From contig JAUCBJ010007693.1 of assembly GCA_032718475.1 (NCBI GenBank), forward strand, positions 1 through 45,677: a stretch of DNA of 45,677 bases. The letters are read 5' to 3'. Of the stretch, positions 23,624 to 36,846 are shown piece by piece (positions within the stretch are counted from its first letter, which is position 1; the number at the start of each line of letters is the position of its first letter). The stretch is from Nemertoderma westbladi (taxonomy: Eukaryota; Animalia; Xenacoelomorpha). The translations under genes and the position numbers were made by a program. The notes under the pieces were generated by a model. That model saw nothing but the letters and a program-made list of their open reading frames with translations. It was not told the DNA's origin and did not search any database.

Positions 23624-24773
23624 TACTACTACTACTACTAGGATCGGCATGCGCTGCATTTTTAAGAATGCTGTGCTGGCTTGTCGACAAAATTGCGCCA
23701 CCACAACTCCCTTATCACCCATGACATTTGCTAGATTATCCGCACCTTAAAGGCCAGTGTCCTTTAAGATGCGTCTTAAGAAAGTCATGGGCTGTCCACC
23801 ATGCTTATTCACTTCCTGAGTCTGCCAAAGCACTAGATTATGCACCAGCTGGTCCTCATGGCGAAAGCAATGTCCTGCAAAGTGGAGCTGACTTTGTTCT
23901 AGTGTCAAGCTTGGGGAACCAATGAGACACCTCCAATGTTATATAGTGTCTGGTTGGAAATGTGTGCATTGTACTTGACACAATGAACCCGGCGTAGCAT
24001 TCTTGTGAATGTGCCATCCAGAGATTTGGTGTCCTCAGCAATTAAGAGCCCAGCATGGACTCCCATAGAGGAGTACTGGAACTACTGCTACTCTAAATAA
24101 TCGGACCTTAAGTTTCTGATTAATTCTCTGTGACTTCCAAATCCTGGAAAGCCTATTCAAGGCTGCCCATGCCTTTCCCTTACGTACTAGAAGGTCCTCA
24201 CCTGACTTCCGGCTGATTCTTGCCTGTTCTAATGAGCTGAGGAGCCGTTGGGCTCCCTCTAGTGATTCTGAGAATACTCCTAAGTCATCAGTACAGTCTA
24301 GATCATTTAGGTACTTGGCAGGATTTCCTCGACTTCTGGAGCCAGTAGGTGGAGTTATCATCACCCCATCATCATTATGATGATCTAAGGAAATGCGTAG
24401 AACATAGTCAACCACAATTATTAACAAGAATGGTGCAAGTGTGTCTCCCTGGAGGACACCCCATAACACTCACTTCAGATGGTTCTGTGTCACCGTCAAC
24501 AGTAGACACAAATGTTGTCGAACCATCGTATAATGATCTGATTGCTGCAATAATTTCATCAGGAATCCCATATAATGAAAGTATGCTGAACATACGTGAG
24601 CGAGAGACTGAATCAAAGGCCTTGAAGAAGTCAACAAAGATAATGCCTGTCTTTCTTTTTTGATAACTCTTCAATTATTCTTTTAAGTGCCAAAATGGGC
24701 TCCATGGTCCCACGACCTTTACGGAACCCATTCTGATTTCCACGGAGCAGTCTCTCAATGGGATCCCTGATGC
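23624..24773 (-). mobile_element. RTE-clade LINE, 5'-truncated and internally deleted (copy 2)
   Basis: Homologous to 10588-11875, with (TAG)n tail at 23624-23641. Frameshifts and a deletion near 24215. The 5' end reads RIRDPIERLLRGNQNGFRKGRGT. No clear TSD. Confidence 0.93.
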
Positions 24774-24946
24774 GACAATAATGCAAAATTACCGAACAAA
24801 TTATAGAAAAGTTTACGGTACCAGTAGCAAAGCAACGACAGTAGGTAGGGTGTATGTACAGTAGAGTAGTAACAATAGATGCAATACAGTAGGGTGTTGC
24901 AGTAGTTTGAATAGATACAGTACAGTAGAATATAGTAGTTAATATA

Positions 24947-25146
24947 ATCGCATTCGAGACACTCCGCCCCATCGGCTGTGAAGGTACAAGGAGATCAGGG
25001 GCCGGATCGCTTCGAAGAAGGAGGAACCAAGAGCAACATCTTTCCTATTCCAACGTTTATAGATGGCCATTGTGCCTGGCAATGCCACAGCTGTTTTAGG
25101 AACCCTCCCTGCTAATTCCGACATCAGTGACGGCCTCCTGCTATAG
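24947..25146 (+). mobile_element. 3' fragment of a CRE-like (restriction-like endonuclease) non-LTR retrotransposon
   Basis: Manual translation gives IAFETLRPIG / KEIRGRIASKKEEPRATSFLFQRL*MAIVPGNATAVLGTLP, resembling the C-terminal ETxG...QRLSxAIQRGNA...LGT signature of CRE-clade proteins. One frameshift and one stop. Confidence 0.7.
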
Positions 25147-26118
25147 TTAAACCACCCTTTGCTTTGTTCATTCATATTCACCCTTATTTCTTCTGCTTAC
25201 ATATTTAAATTTCAGCAACAGTTTGATTAATTCCCACTTGCCGGTGTTCTACACCGGTTTGCTTAACGATGTTTTACCTATTGCCTGAGCATTTATTGTT
25301 ATACTCCTCACCTCATTGGCCGCATACAATATATATGTATTTTGTTTATTTGTAATTTATTATCTATTGTTGCCTGCACACAAATTTTGTTATCATTCTG
25401 GTTATGTAGATGATGAATTGATCATGAAATGAATAAATTTGAGTATGATCCAGGTTGAATACATCATGACATATGTACTCGATCAATGGCATACAAAAAG
25501 TACAAATGAATTGAACTATGGTAAAAGTACAATGATAGGATACCTTTCAGAATATTTAGTGGAGAGGGTTATTGGGACTCCTGAGGATGTTGATGGGCTG
25601 GATACATTATCCCACAGCCCAGACTCTCTTAAATGATTGAAATATGTGTTGATTAAAAAGATAACAAAATTAGGCTCTGTCACGAAATCATGTACAGTAT
25701 TCTGATTGTATATCCTGGCAATGTAGACAAATAATTTTCGCTGTCCTTCGATTCAGCCTGATGTGTCTGCTGTGAGCTCGCTCAGCTTCCATGCGTCCTG
25801 TTCGCCATGGCATTAAACGCGGAGACAGATGCAGGCGTGGCGTGTATGTTGGATATGACTGGCGGGGCTATATTATCTGTAGCAACAGCAACTCCTATAC
25901 CAGTTACAAATTTAGAAATGTCGGAGGCCCACTGAAAAATACATACAGATATTATTTCATTATTTTATAATAATTATTGTATTGTTTGTGTAGTTGCCTA
26001 GCACCAACATATGTTGTGGGGTGACCTATACAACTTTTAATTTGGTGATTTTATTTCGGTATATAATATTATGTTAATGGATATTGATGTACACCATGTC
26101 CAGGAATATGAGTCATTG

Positions 26119-26151
<33 letters not shown>

Positions 26152-29100
26152 ATGAACTATTTACTACACAATATAATCAAATTGATACAGTATTTCATAT
26201 AATTGAGTAAGTTAAGTTCCGGGTACATAAATGATTATATAATGTAGACGGAGGCTTGTCGGGTAGGCCCATTACACAAACCCCCGTGTACATTTGTAAA
26301 TAAGTAGGTATATCATTGTAATTAAGTAGGTAGGGCCTAACACTAAATAAGCGCTACTGTAAATACGTATGTTGCACTGTAAATATGTTAACAACTCATG
26401 AAAAACAACTATTGGTAATACAGTAGGTAAATAAATCATGCAGGATGCAGTCTAAAAAGGGAAACATTTCAGTATACAATATAACACAGTAAATTGAATA
26501 TAACGAAGCGGTAGGTCCAAACTACAGTACTTAGATTACATAATTTATATGATTAAGGTGCAAAATTATAGAGTTTTATTGATAATTAATTACAGTTGGA
26601 TATTTCTTAGTTCCGAGACACCTGCCCCCTCCCCCAAATTTTTCTACAAATCTTAACAAGATTGCATGAAATTAAAAACAGTGTTAGTTTCTGGGATTTT
26701 GCGTGGTAATTCATAAACAGCATTAACCCTGCTAATATTTCTACAACAGTCTTGAAAAATATTATATACAACCTCTACTACACTGAAATGTGCTTGAACG
26801 AATAAAAAGCTGGTTGAACCCCTGTGATGTGCATCGTCATCTCCATAGTACCTAGGCCTGGCCTATGTAAGCTATCTGCAGTATCTCTATATTGTATACT
26901 TATGCTGCTAATTGCCACCTCCACAATAGATATATAGTAATGAAAAGGCCTGCACTTTTTAAATGCTCAATGCTCTGTTGCTAACATCAAAGTAATATAA
27001 GTGCCAGGGGGTATCTCAGTTTAACAAGAAATAGTAATTGCTAATTGGAAGAATGCCACCAGCGCAGATTGGAGTATTTCTCAAGTCATCTATTTCTCAT
27101 TCATAGAAAATATAACTTCTATCTTTACCTAACATCCAAAAACCAGAAAAACTATCTTTTACGGTATCTCTTGATAATAAGACATTATATTTCATTAATT
27201 TTCAAGGTAGTGAGTGTAGCTACAGTATAGTGATAGGCCTTTTTGATTTAACATGCTTTCTTAATGCATCATACCAGTATTGACAAATTTCGGATCCCGA
27301 TTGAGGACACATAATTCCTCAGGGCATCTTATTGCATCGAGCCCAGTGAAGCGTTTAGGCACATAACCTTATAAGGAATCTATAAATACTAGAGAGTAGG
27401 GCTATTTTACAGTGTGTCTAACCTCACGACCCATTTGTAATAGTTGGTTTATACTAAGACTTAGTAGTGTAGTAGTATTTCGATATGCCATAAAATAGGT
27501 GCCCCTTAAATACATACAGTTTTACTAGAGGCTGGTGTCATGTAACCATGATCTAAAGCAAAATGTGTTGATTGGAATTCATCAAATGCATGATATGATG
27601 GAATAGGATAATATTTTGATAAGACACATGTATGAAATACATTACCTAAAATATGTCACCAGCTAATATAATTTGAATCAGAATATAATTCAAAACAAAA
27701 TACAAAACAATATAATTTTTACTTTCATTAGCATAATTCATTATCCAGTATTCATTTTATTTTTGCAATTCGTATTTTTACAAATGTCATTATACAGTAT
27801 CACATCAATTAGGGGAAACTTCTTGGTTTGATGTATTCATGGGCGGTCACTGGGTGTCATATGTATTGTTGATTATCCCTATGCATTGCTGTAGTTCACA
27901 AGTAACATTATCATAGTAATTGTCACCCATGTATTTGTTACCATGACCACAACGAGGCAAGTGGTTTCTCTTATCATTTCAAACTACTCCAAAAAGAGAT
28001 AATTTCTTGATCCACAATGTCGCAACGTTTATTGCCCTACTGGAAAATGCATAAGTTTTACCATATTGATTTAGCAATAAACAATTATTTTCTTAGAGGT
28101 GTCCTGTAAATGTAGCTTTTTGAACCATGAGTTTTCGCCTCTGACCCGGCTATTATTGAACTATATACTAACAAGGACATCTCTGGCAAGTTTTCTAGAA
28201 CCTATCCGATATTCTGCAACTATTAGATGACCTTCTAAGAACTGTTGCGTTTCTTATGATAGATATAATTTGTAGTTTTACTTTTCCTTTTAGCTATTTT
28301 TTCATAAAAAAATACTAAAATAATATTTTATTTATCCCATAATCTGCCATAATGCTAATAGGTGATACTTTTTACAAAACCTGTTGATCATTATAATTTC
28401 AACTGTTTTCCTATTTAACTCCTGTTTCATGCCTACTACTACAGTACTACATTTAACCCTGCAACACAGTGCATTTCCATCTTCAAGTCCAAGAAAGGTA
28501 AATAAATAATTAATGGTAATAAGCTCTTGGGTACTAATAGTTGAACTGTAACTGTTCTTATATATTCATTAGTATGCACTGTAATGCATTCAGCACCTGG
28601 GCTTGTGGAATTATGCAAATTATGGTTATGTTCAGCATTAATTGTATAGTAAGTTCTCAGGTTGAACTTTATTAGTAAAATAAAATAATTTTGCAATCCT
28701 AATTTGATAATTGGGGATTATTGAAAGACTTATCTTCTTATATTTTCTACCTGTGCTTGTCACACGAGTTAACACTAACTACTACTGTACTCATAGAAAT
28801 AGTTTCATTATATTTCCTTTCTATGGCGGTAGGATCTGCCATTAATATGCTGTGGACTTGGATGGTTCCATTGATAATATTTCTTTTATATTCTAACTTA
28901 TATATCATCATCTCTATTTTCTTCACAATTTGGATTAATAACTGATTCTAGAAGTAAATTTTATATGTATTATTACCCAAAAACCCCCCGTATGCATATA
29001 TCGTAAGCGATTCTTTTTATCCTGCAGCAGACTTCTGACCCTGGTCCTTCAAAATACTACTGCCTTATTTTATTATAACATGTATAAATAAATAATAAGC

Positions 29101-30328
29101 ATCCATATAGGTAATATTGATTTTGATGAATAGGCGAGATTGGGATTTATTCATTCATTTAAATTGAAAAACATTAACATTCTGGAAAGAGATTCTGGGG
29201 GAAATTCTGTAAAATACTCTAGATATGTGACTTATGATTGGAATAATAAAGCTATAGTTTGGTGAGTTTGAGTTGTTAAGTAAGAATAACTGATTGGTAG
29301 ATAAGATTATAATGAAGGGAAGGTTTGATTTGGTGTAATCCGATATGTGTTCATATAAAATAAAAAAGTCATATAACTTTAACCCCTATTAATGATGTTC
29401 TCATTTAAAAAAGGTCACAAACTGTCATCTACTGTATTAAGTGCCACATGAGATATAGGTTTAGGGTTACATGTAGTGTTAATTATATTCTAGCTGTCTT
29501 TTGGAACTGGCTAGACTGGATGGAATGTTCTCCCAAATGAAACATAAGGGAATACTATGTAAGATCATTTATTTTTGGTGCTCAATTATCATGCTTCAAA
29601 TGTTTTTTTAATGAATTACTAATACATGTAGTACTATTGTTACCATTGATTTAAACAATGACCTTGTTTGACTTTTGTTGCATGACTTACTGAGAATCAG
29701 TTATAAGGAAAATAATTTATGCCAAGCATGGCATTTACTTCCTGACGATTTCACATATTACTTTGTAAGTAGCTGTTCTGTTGTTAACTCTTTCCATCGC
29801 TCTATTTTAGGACATATAATACAACCAACAATATTGCTAGTATGAAGCCAGTATAATGCACTACGGCGCAAACCTATCATGCCATTCACCTGTATTTGTA
29901 AAAATCTGCTTAGTTCCGGATTAAATAATAAAAAAGGCCTGGAATAGGGACAGGTAATATAATATACCTACTAATAATAACAAGCGTGAAATCGTTCAAA
30001 GGTCCACGTATAAGAATGCAAGAACTGTCTCTTCCTTGAATGGCTTACTACCAACCTGAATCATGCTTTCAAATTTAAATTAAACCAATATTCCAATCAG
30101 TAAACATAATTAGTAGAAAACGGTACAATTGAATTTTTTCAATCAATTAAAAAAGATAGTTCTTAACATAAATCTCTTAAACTAATGAAAGATTTATGTA
30201 GAATGGAACCGAAATAATTTCTTCGATAATAAATAACATCTCAATGTGGATTGAACGAATTCCAATTCCAATTCCAACACTTTACTAAGTGAGCGTAAGC
30301 GCAATACTGTAGTGGAACCCAACAACAA

Positions 30329-31136
30329 TAACAAACGGAGTGGCTACTGCAGGACTCACTACAGGGGCCTAACAAACGGAGTGGCTACTGGGGGACTCGC
30401 TACAGGGGCCTAACAAACAGAGTGGCCACTAGAGGACTCGTTATTTGGGCCTAACAAACGGAGTGGCTACTGGGGGACTCGCTACAGGGGCCTAACAAAC
30501 AGAGTGGCCACTAGAGGACTCGTTATTTGGGCCTAACAAACTGAGTGGCTACTAGATGACTCACTACAGGGGCCTATCAAACGGAGTGGCTACTGGGGGA
30601 CTCGCTACAGGGGCCTAACAAAAAGAGTGGCCACTAGAGGACTCGCTATTTGGGCCTAACAAATGGAGTGGCTACTAGATGACTCACTACGTGGGCCTAA
30701 CAAACTGAGTGGCTATTGGAGATCTCGCTATTTGGGCATAACAAACTGAGTGGCTATTGGAAATCTCGCTATTTGGGCATAACAAACTGAGTGGCTACTA
30801 GATGACTCACTACATGGGCCTATCAAACAGAGTGGCTACTAGAGGACTCGCCAAGTGGGCCTAACAAACGGGGTGGCTACTAGATGACTCGCTATGTGGG
30901 CCTAACAAACAGAGTGGCTACTAGATGACTCACTACATGGGCCTAACAGAGTGGCTACTAGAGGACTCACTAAGTGGGCCTAACAAACGGAGTGGCTACT
31001 AGAGGACTCGCTAAGTGGGCCTAACAAACAGAGTGGCTACTAGAGGACTCGCGACATGGGCCTAACAAACAGAGTGGCTACTAGATGACTCACTAAGTGG
31101 ACCTTAACAAACAGAGTGGCTACCAGATGACTCACT
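30329..31136. repeat. 41-bp minisatellite, ~20 copies
   Basis: Consensus approximately TAACAAACRGAGTGGCTACTAGAKGACTCRCTANNTGGGCC. Confidence 0.97.
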
Positions 31137-31220
31137 TTATCAGCGCAATGCCAGACCAAAAATAATTTTTCATGCTGAAATGCTTATCGGATAAATATTA
31201 TAGAGTATAATGATGATTGG

Positions 31221-31372
31221 GGAATAGTAAAAAGAAAATCCATAGCTAGTGGTGATTCTCATTGTATTAATAAAGCAAACGTGATGTATGTGATATATAT
31301 AATCGAAACGTTTGCTTTATATTAATACAATTAGAATCAAGGCACTAGTTATTGATTTTTTTTTAGTATTTC
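31221..31372. repeat. Imperfect palindrome (~60-bp arms), MITE-like remnant
   Basis: GATTCTCATTGTATTAATAAAGCAAACG pairs with CGTTTGCTTTATATTAATACAATTAGAATC; the outer arms also pair. Confidence 0.75.
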
Positions 31373-32381
31373 TCTTCGATTTTCCGCCTTTAAATCTACA
31401 TATACATAGTGAAGCTTCTTAACCTGTTTCTAATCCACAGCATTCGTTGTTGTGATAATACCTCCAATTAAATATAATCTGGGAGATGAAACGACTTCTG
31501 ATAATTATTTGTTATCCATTGTTATCTCTTCGTTTATAATTAATATTTTCGTGTGGGTTTTGCTGTTATCCTAGTCGCAATGTTTGACCTACTGGATGAG
31601 CTTCAGTTTTCAGCTTCATGGAAGCTCTTCATCGATCGTATAAAGAAATGTATCTTTCGCCCTTATTTCTCAGAACATTGTGCTGGATATAATATTTCAA
31701 TGAGTCATGTTGTGTACATTATTGGGGCGGTTCACAATCTTCCAGCAGGGATAGCCATATTTATTCTCTATTCTTCTGCATTCGTTATGAATTAATTTAA
31801 ATTATGTGAAAATTGTGAAATTATGGCATTTGCTTTTGCAGTCGATATTTTTCTTTTGTGTCCCCCATTACATGAAGTGCACTACATGGTGTCAACGTAC
31901 AAGGGATCTGCTGACAAAAACAAGTTGGATCAAGTCGTATTGCATTTGCGACCTACATGGGTGTTACCGAATGGGAAAAGTATAATTAGGGGGGGGGGGG
32001 GGGGGGGGGGTGTTATTATTCTTCCATCGGTGCATTTGGGGCATGTTATCGATTATAGAAATACTTTACAGTTACATCTTCTTAGAAAACGTGTGAGATA
32101 TTTATCAGTAAACTAAACTTATGACGTCAAAATTATATTTCTTAAGTCCCTGCTTTTTAATTTATTTACTAGTTTTGATTGCGCTTGTACATCAGTAATT
32201 TGTGGGACATTCTTTGATAAATAATATAGGAACATTTTATATTGGACACAGGAAGAGAAAGAGATAAAGCTTTGCATATCAGTACAATTAGTGGAGCAGA
32301 TCACTCCTAGCGGCCAACATATGAGAATATAGAAATCTGGCTGTCTGTCGAATTTCAAAATTTTTGGTAAAGTACGATATC

Positions 32382-32636
32382 TGTGGATGACTTCTACCTG
32401 GGATTGTGGATCAGTTGAAGATGACCCTCGAATACGCAAGGGGAAGGAATGGGCAGCATTATTTGGAAGTGACAGGAAGTGAAGTTGAGTGAAGTGAAGT
32501 TAGAAGTGATTTAAAGGACACTGACCTTAAAGTTGCGGATAATCTCGCGAAATTCATGGGGGATATTGGTATGTGGCGGCGCAAATTTGTCGACAAGCTG
32601 GCATAGCATTCTCAACATGCAGCTGCGTTGCAGCAT
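32382..32636 (+). mobile_element. Old, internally deleted RTE LINE fragment
   Basis: Similar to copy 3 around GTGGATGACTTC...CGAATACG-AAGGG and AAAGGACACTG...TGTCGACAAGC...TGCAGCAT. Confidence 0.8.
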
Positions 32637-32977
32637 CTCAATTGTGGTTGCAAAAATATTTTAAATCAGCATAGAATCTAATGTGCAACTGTAATGCAGC
32701 AGGCCGCTTATAAATAGGTAGATAGATATAATTTATATTATCAGTCTCCTTTCCTTTTAGATTATTACTTAGATTAAAGTAGCAACTGACTACAGTAATA
32801 TATATAAAGTTGGACGGACATTAAGAGGATTTCTAATTGTTTTCTTGAAACAACTGGAATCCCTTACAGAAATACGAAAGCCAGAAAAAACAATCCTTAC
32901 CCGAATCCATTACAAAGTCAAGGAAAGAGTCTTACTTATTAGAATAGTATTTCTTCTTTATTATCCAGTACATCCTA

Positions 32978-33230
32978 CAGACAATTTCTCCCTGGACAAT
33001 TGCCCCTGGGACTATTGCCACCGAACAAATGCCCCCCGAGGATAATTGTCCCCCGGACAATTGGCCCTCGACGACAATTGCCACCGGACATTTTTTCCGC
33101 AGACAATTGCCCCCCGGACAATTGCCCCTTCGGAGAATTGCCCCCGGGACAATTGCCACCGGGAAAATTGTCCCTCAGACAATTACCCCTGGACAATTGC
33201 CAGCCGGATACTTGTCATCCCCGGACAATA
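32978..33230. repeat. 15-bp GGACAATTGCCCCCC tandem array
   Basis: About 16 degenerate units; source of the Pro/Gly-rich spurious ORFs. Confidence 0.9.
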
Positions 33231-35177
33231 CTAACCCCAGTACCTTTCTTATTCTTAATTATTGAGTGTAGGGGGGGGGGGGGGGGGGGGGAGTCAGAAA
33301 TGTGAGCGATCATCGAACCGTTATATTTACACTAGTGCTGTTTCCCAAGAAGGTGTGTATGTGTATGCGTTGGTGTTTAATTGTGCATTAGAGGCCAATA
33401 TAACTAGCTGCTGCACGAAGGCTCCGGACATGTTTAATTGCTTCAAGTAAGATCGATTTGATTTGATAGATTTGATTATTATTTGGAAAGGAAGAAAGAA
33501 ACCTAATGTAGTCTGGTGGATAATTGACCAAATTACTAAATTATAGTGTAATTCATTTGAAAAAAGTGTTATTAGATGGCGATTTGGGGTTGATAAGGTA
33601 ATAATAATAATAAAAATAATTGATGCAAAGCGGATATTTATTAATGGAACTGTTGATATGTGAAAATACGCCATCCTGCGTAATACAATCACAGCAGTGG
33701 ATTCCTTCAAATAGATAACAAACAGGTTTAATCTAATATATCAATAAAAATATAAGATTACAAATTGGACCCGGGCAATATTTAATATTAGAACTTGTTC
33801 AAAATGTTAAAAAGTCATATACAACTTAATATAATAAAACAAAATAATATACTTAATTTAAAATCATTCACGGGCGGTTTGTTTATTCTAGATCGTTAAA
33901 ATGGCTTAGAATAAACTTAATTTTCTAGAACATTTTAATAACTTATTTCAACAAAATCGATAAAACTAGCTAGTCTTGAAAAAAGTAAAAGACAAAGGTT
34001 TGATATGGGTCCCAACTGTCCTATTTATACATATATACAATCTTCACTTGGATCTGAAGCTGCTCCGTCAAACACCATAGTGAAAGCAGTTCAGGCGCTA
34101 TATGCATAGGACACAGTACAAATTGTGTCATATTTCCCCTTATTGACAGATTGGGACAGATTGCCAGTGTTTATTCACATACCAAGCATCTTCTTCACCT
34201 AACCCAGAATTGTCTAAAAGGAGATGCATTTCCATAAGCCGGAAACCAACACATGTGATGCACTTTATACATAGTTTTTTTTAACCATGATACTCAATTG
34301 GCAACCGAGGCCGCTATGTTTATTCCGTGCTTTCCTGTAACTTTGGTTCCCAGAAGGGTAGGGATGCGACCACTGTAAAGTATGATATAGCTGGATATGC
34401 CCGCTCCAACTGCAGCCCTCGGTTTGCCCGATTGGATGAGGGCACCTCGCCACGGATGCGCCAAAATCGGAATACTAACAGGAACAATATATCAGCTTGT
34501 AAATCTATATAAGTTAAATTGTCTGACTTTTTTTATTTATATCGCACATAATAAACATATTATTTATACAAACATACATACATACATCCATACATACATA
34601 CATCAATTTATAGGAAATAAGAAATTTTACAATAATCAAAAACAACCACAGAAATGCAATATTATTTTAATTCCTCCTTGATGAACTACCTATTGAATAA
34701 TTCTTCAGCAATCTTTTGTTAATGAACATGCGTTGCATGATTATTCAGTTTGTTTATATTTTTAGATTCAAATGGAGAACCGGGTGTCTTGCATTTTTCA
34801 ACCTCCAATTAAATTTTATCAAGTTAAGTATCCGAAAGAAGAATCCGACCGCCTAATGTGGTTAAACCTGGATGGAGGCTGTGATAATATGATGTCGTGG
34901 TGGACAGGTTGACATGGTGATTGTGTAATTGTTTAAGCTGAATCTAGGCATATGCAGCAGACCACATGCTGCCTTTGCAGCTAAAGTTTGACACAGTGTG
35001 ATATTACTACACGTTCTTATAAGGCTGCACGAAGGCGCCACAACGTGTACTATGTATAACAAAAGCACTAATTCCATTGCGATACAAAAATAAAAAGCCC
35101 TAAATCCAATATTATTACATATTATCACATATTATTCTGGTCATTTTTGGTCAAAAACATTATTCGAATATATTAAT

Positions 35178-35876
35178 CAAAAAAGCAAAGCAAACAGTCG
35201 GCCGAAGCCGGAGGCAACCCGAAGGCTCCTCTTTCGATAGCATCTACCCGAGAGTAGGGGTGGGCGCTACTCCTATCTGCTACCCAAAGGTAGGGGTGGG
35301 CGCTACTCCTATCTGCTACCCGAGAGTAGGGGTGGGCGCTACTCCTATCTGCTGGCCTAGAGTAGGGGTGGGCGCTACTCCTATCTGCTACCCGAGTGTA
35401 GGGGTGAGCGCTACTCCTATCTGCATACCCTAGGGTAGGGGTGGGCGCTACTCCTATCTGCATACCCTAGGGTAGGGGTGGGCGTTACTCCTATCTGCTA
35501 CCCGAAGGTAGGGGTGGGCGCTACTCCTATCTGCTACCCTAGGGTAGGGGTGGGCACTACTATCTGCTACCCGAGGGTAGGGGTGGGCGCTACTCCTATC
35601 TGCATACCCTAGGGTAGGGGTGGGCGCTACTCCTATCTGCTACCCTAGGGTAGGGGTGAGGGCTACTCCTATTTGCTACCCGAGGGTAGGGGTGGGCGCT
35701 ACTCCTATCTGCTACCCGAGGGTAGGGGTGGGCTCTTCTATCCCAAGTTTTGCTCCCAGTAATTTAACTGGTACTCATTTTATCGAGCCCAGTCGATGAA
35801 AGACTGGGAGAACCCTGGCAGGACTTGAACCTACTACCAAAAGATTTCAGGCCACTTCCAACTGAGCTACCAAGCC
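35178..35876 (-). mobile_element. tRNA-derived SINE with an internal 36-bp minisatellite
   Basis: Minus strand: A box TAGCTCAGTTGG (35858-35869), B box GGTTCAAGTCC (35821-35831), core CTCGATAAAATGAGTACCAG (Meta-domain-like, from memory), and a (TTTGC)/T-rich tail. Confidence 0.8.
35244..35733. repeat. 36-bp minisatellite, ~13.5 copies
   Basis: Unit CTACCCGAGRGTAGGGGTGGGCGCTACTCCTATCTG. Confidence 0.97.
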
Positions 35877-36032
35877 TTATTATTCCGTATGAGTTAAAAC
35901 ACAATTTACAACAATTAGAATATGCATCTTATACAATATCAGATAGGTATGTAAGCAACATTAAGTAGAATTAGTATTTCAAACAACAACTTATGTATCA
36001 TAGTCTTCAAAGTCAGTAACCAACCATCTTCA

Positions 36033-36846
36033 TTACCCAGTTATTTGACGTTTAAATTTTTTAAACACATATTTCGAGTCACGGCGTAAGCTGATACTGA
36101 GAGCAAAAAATACAACAGGGTTACTAACGAAGTTCAACAATGGCATCGTATATAAAGACAGAATGTAAAATACTTGGAATGAATGCAACGTTTTCGCTAA
36201 GTATTGGAACATTATTGGATTATAGTGATGGAGCAATTGTAGGGAAATTTTTGGAACATATCCCACAGCAAATAGACTGGTTATAAGAATTAATATCAAA
36301 GTTGTTCGAGAATGTTGACTTCTTGGTTTAAAAGAGAATCTTCGCTTTTGCCTCCTCGATTCATTTTGCCCTTTTGGCCTATTTTCTCTGATAACTCTTA
36401 TATCAGGTTGCTTGTTATCATTATCAGGGTCAATGGAAACTTCTGCCTCATCGAAACAGTGTTTCTCTTCATCTATAACATCATCTTTTGGTGTTGATTC
36501 TGCTTTGGGCGCTTTATTCTGTGATTGATTGCAGTCCGCTATGGTTGAGAACCTTGTTGTCATGGTGCGCTCATCATCCCGGCAACGACCAATCAAAGTT
36601 GTGCGCAATGCAGCTTGTTGTCCCAACTTGACAACAATACTGCCATATAGTAGCGTCATTGTGAAGAGGGCGCTGGCCATAATAATTGCAAATGTTTGTT
36701 TTATAATGGCGTCGTTGTTTGCTGTGTCATTCAGCAGTATGAAGCTAAGCGAACTGAGAACTGCGAGTATGAGACAGGTTGCAATCGTTGCCATAGCATA
36801 CTTGAAGGTAAAGTAACGCCGAAATGGTTGAAATACCCCAAGAAAT
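36033..36846 (-). CDS. Terminal exon of a rhodopsin-family (class A) GPCR, end of TM3 to C-terminus
   Basis: The 253-aa ORF extends upstream as (R)FLGVFQPFRRYFTFKYA to a polypyrimidine+AG acceptor (TTATTTTAG, AG at 36848-36847, phase 2). Four hydrophobic helices: TM5 ending LLYGSI, long ICL3, TM6 FAVGYVP, TM7 LNFVSNPVVF, then helix 8. Confidence 0.85.

Noticed and set aside
26119-26300. Poly(T) tract as the tail of a minus-strand retrocopy
   Set aside because: No TSD or coding remnant could be identified by eye.
30329-31136. CRISPR-like appearance of the 41-bp and 50-bp arrays
   Set aside because: No unique spacers, no cas genes, eukaryotic context.
33327-33710. 127-aa hydrophobic ORF
   Set aside because: AT-rich composition with a non-ATG start, no motifs and no splice support.
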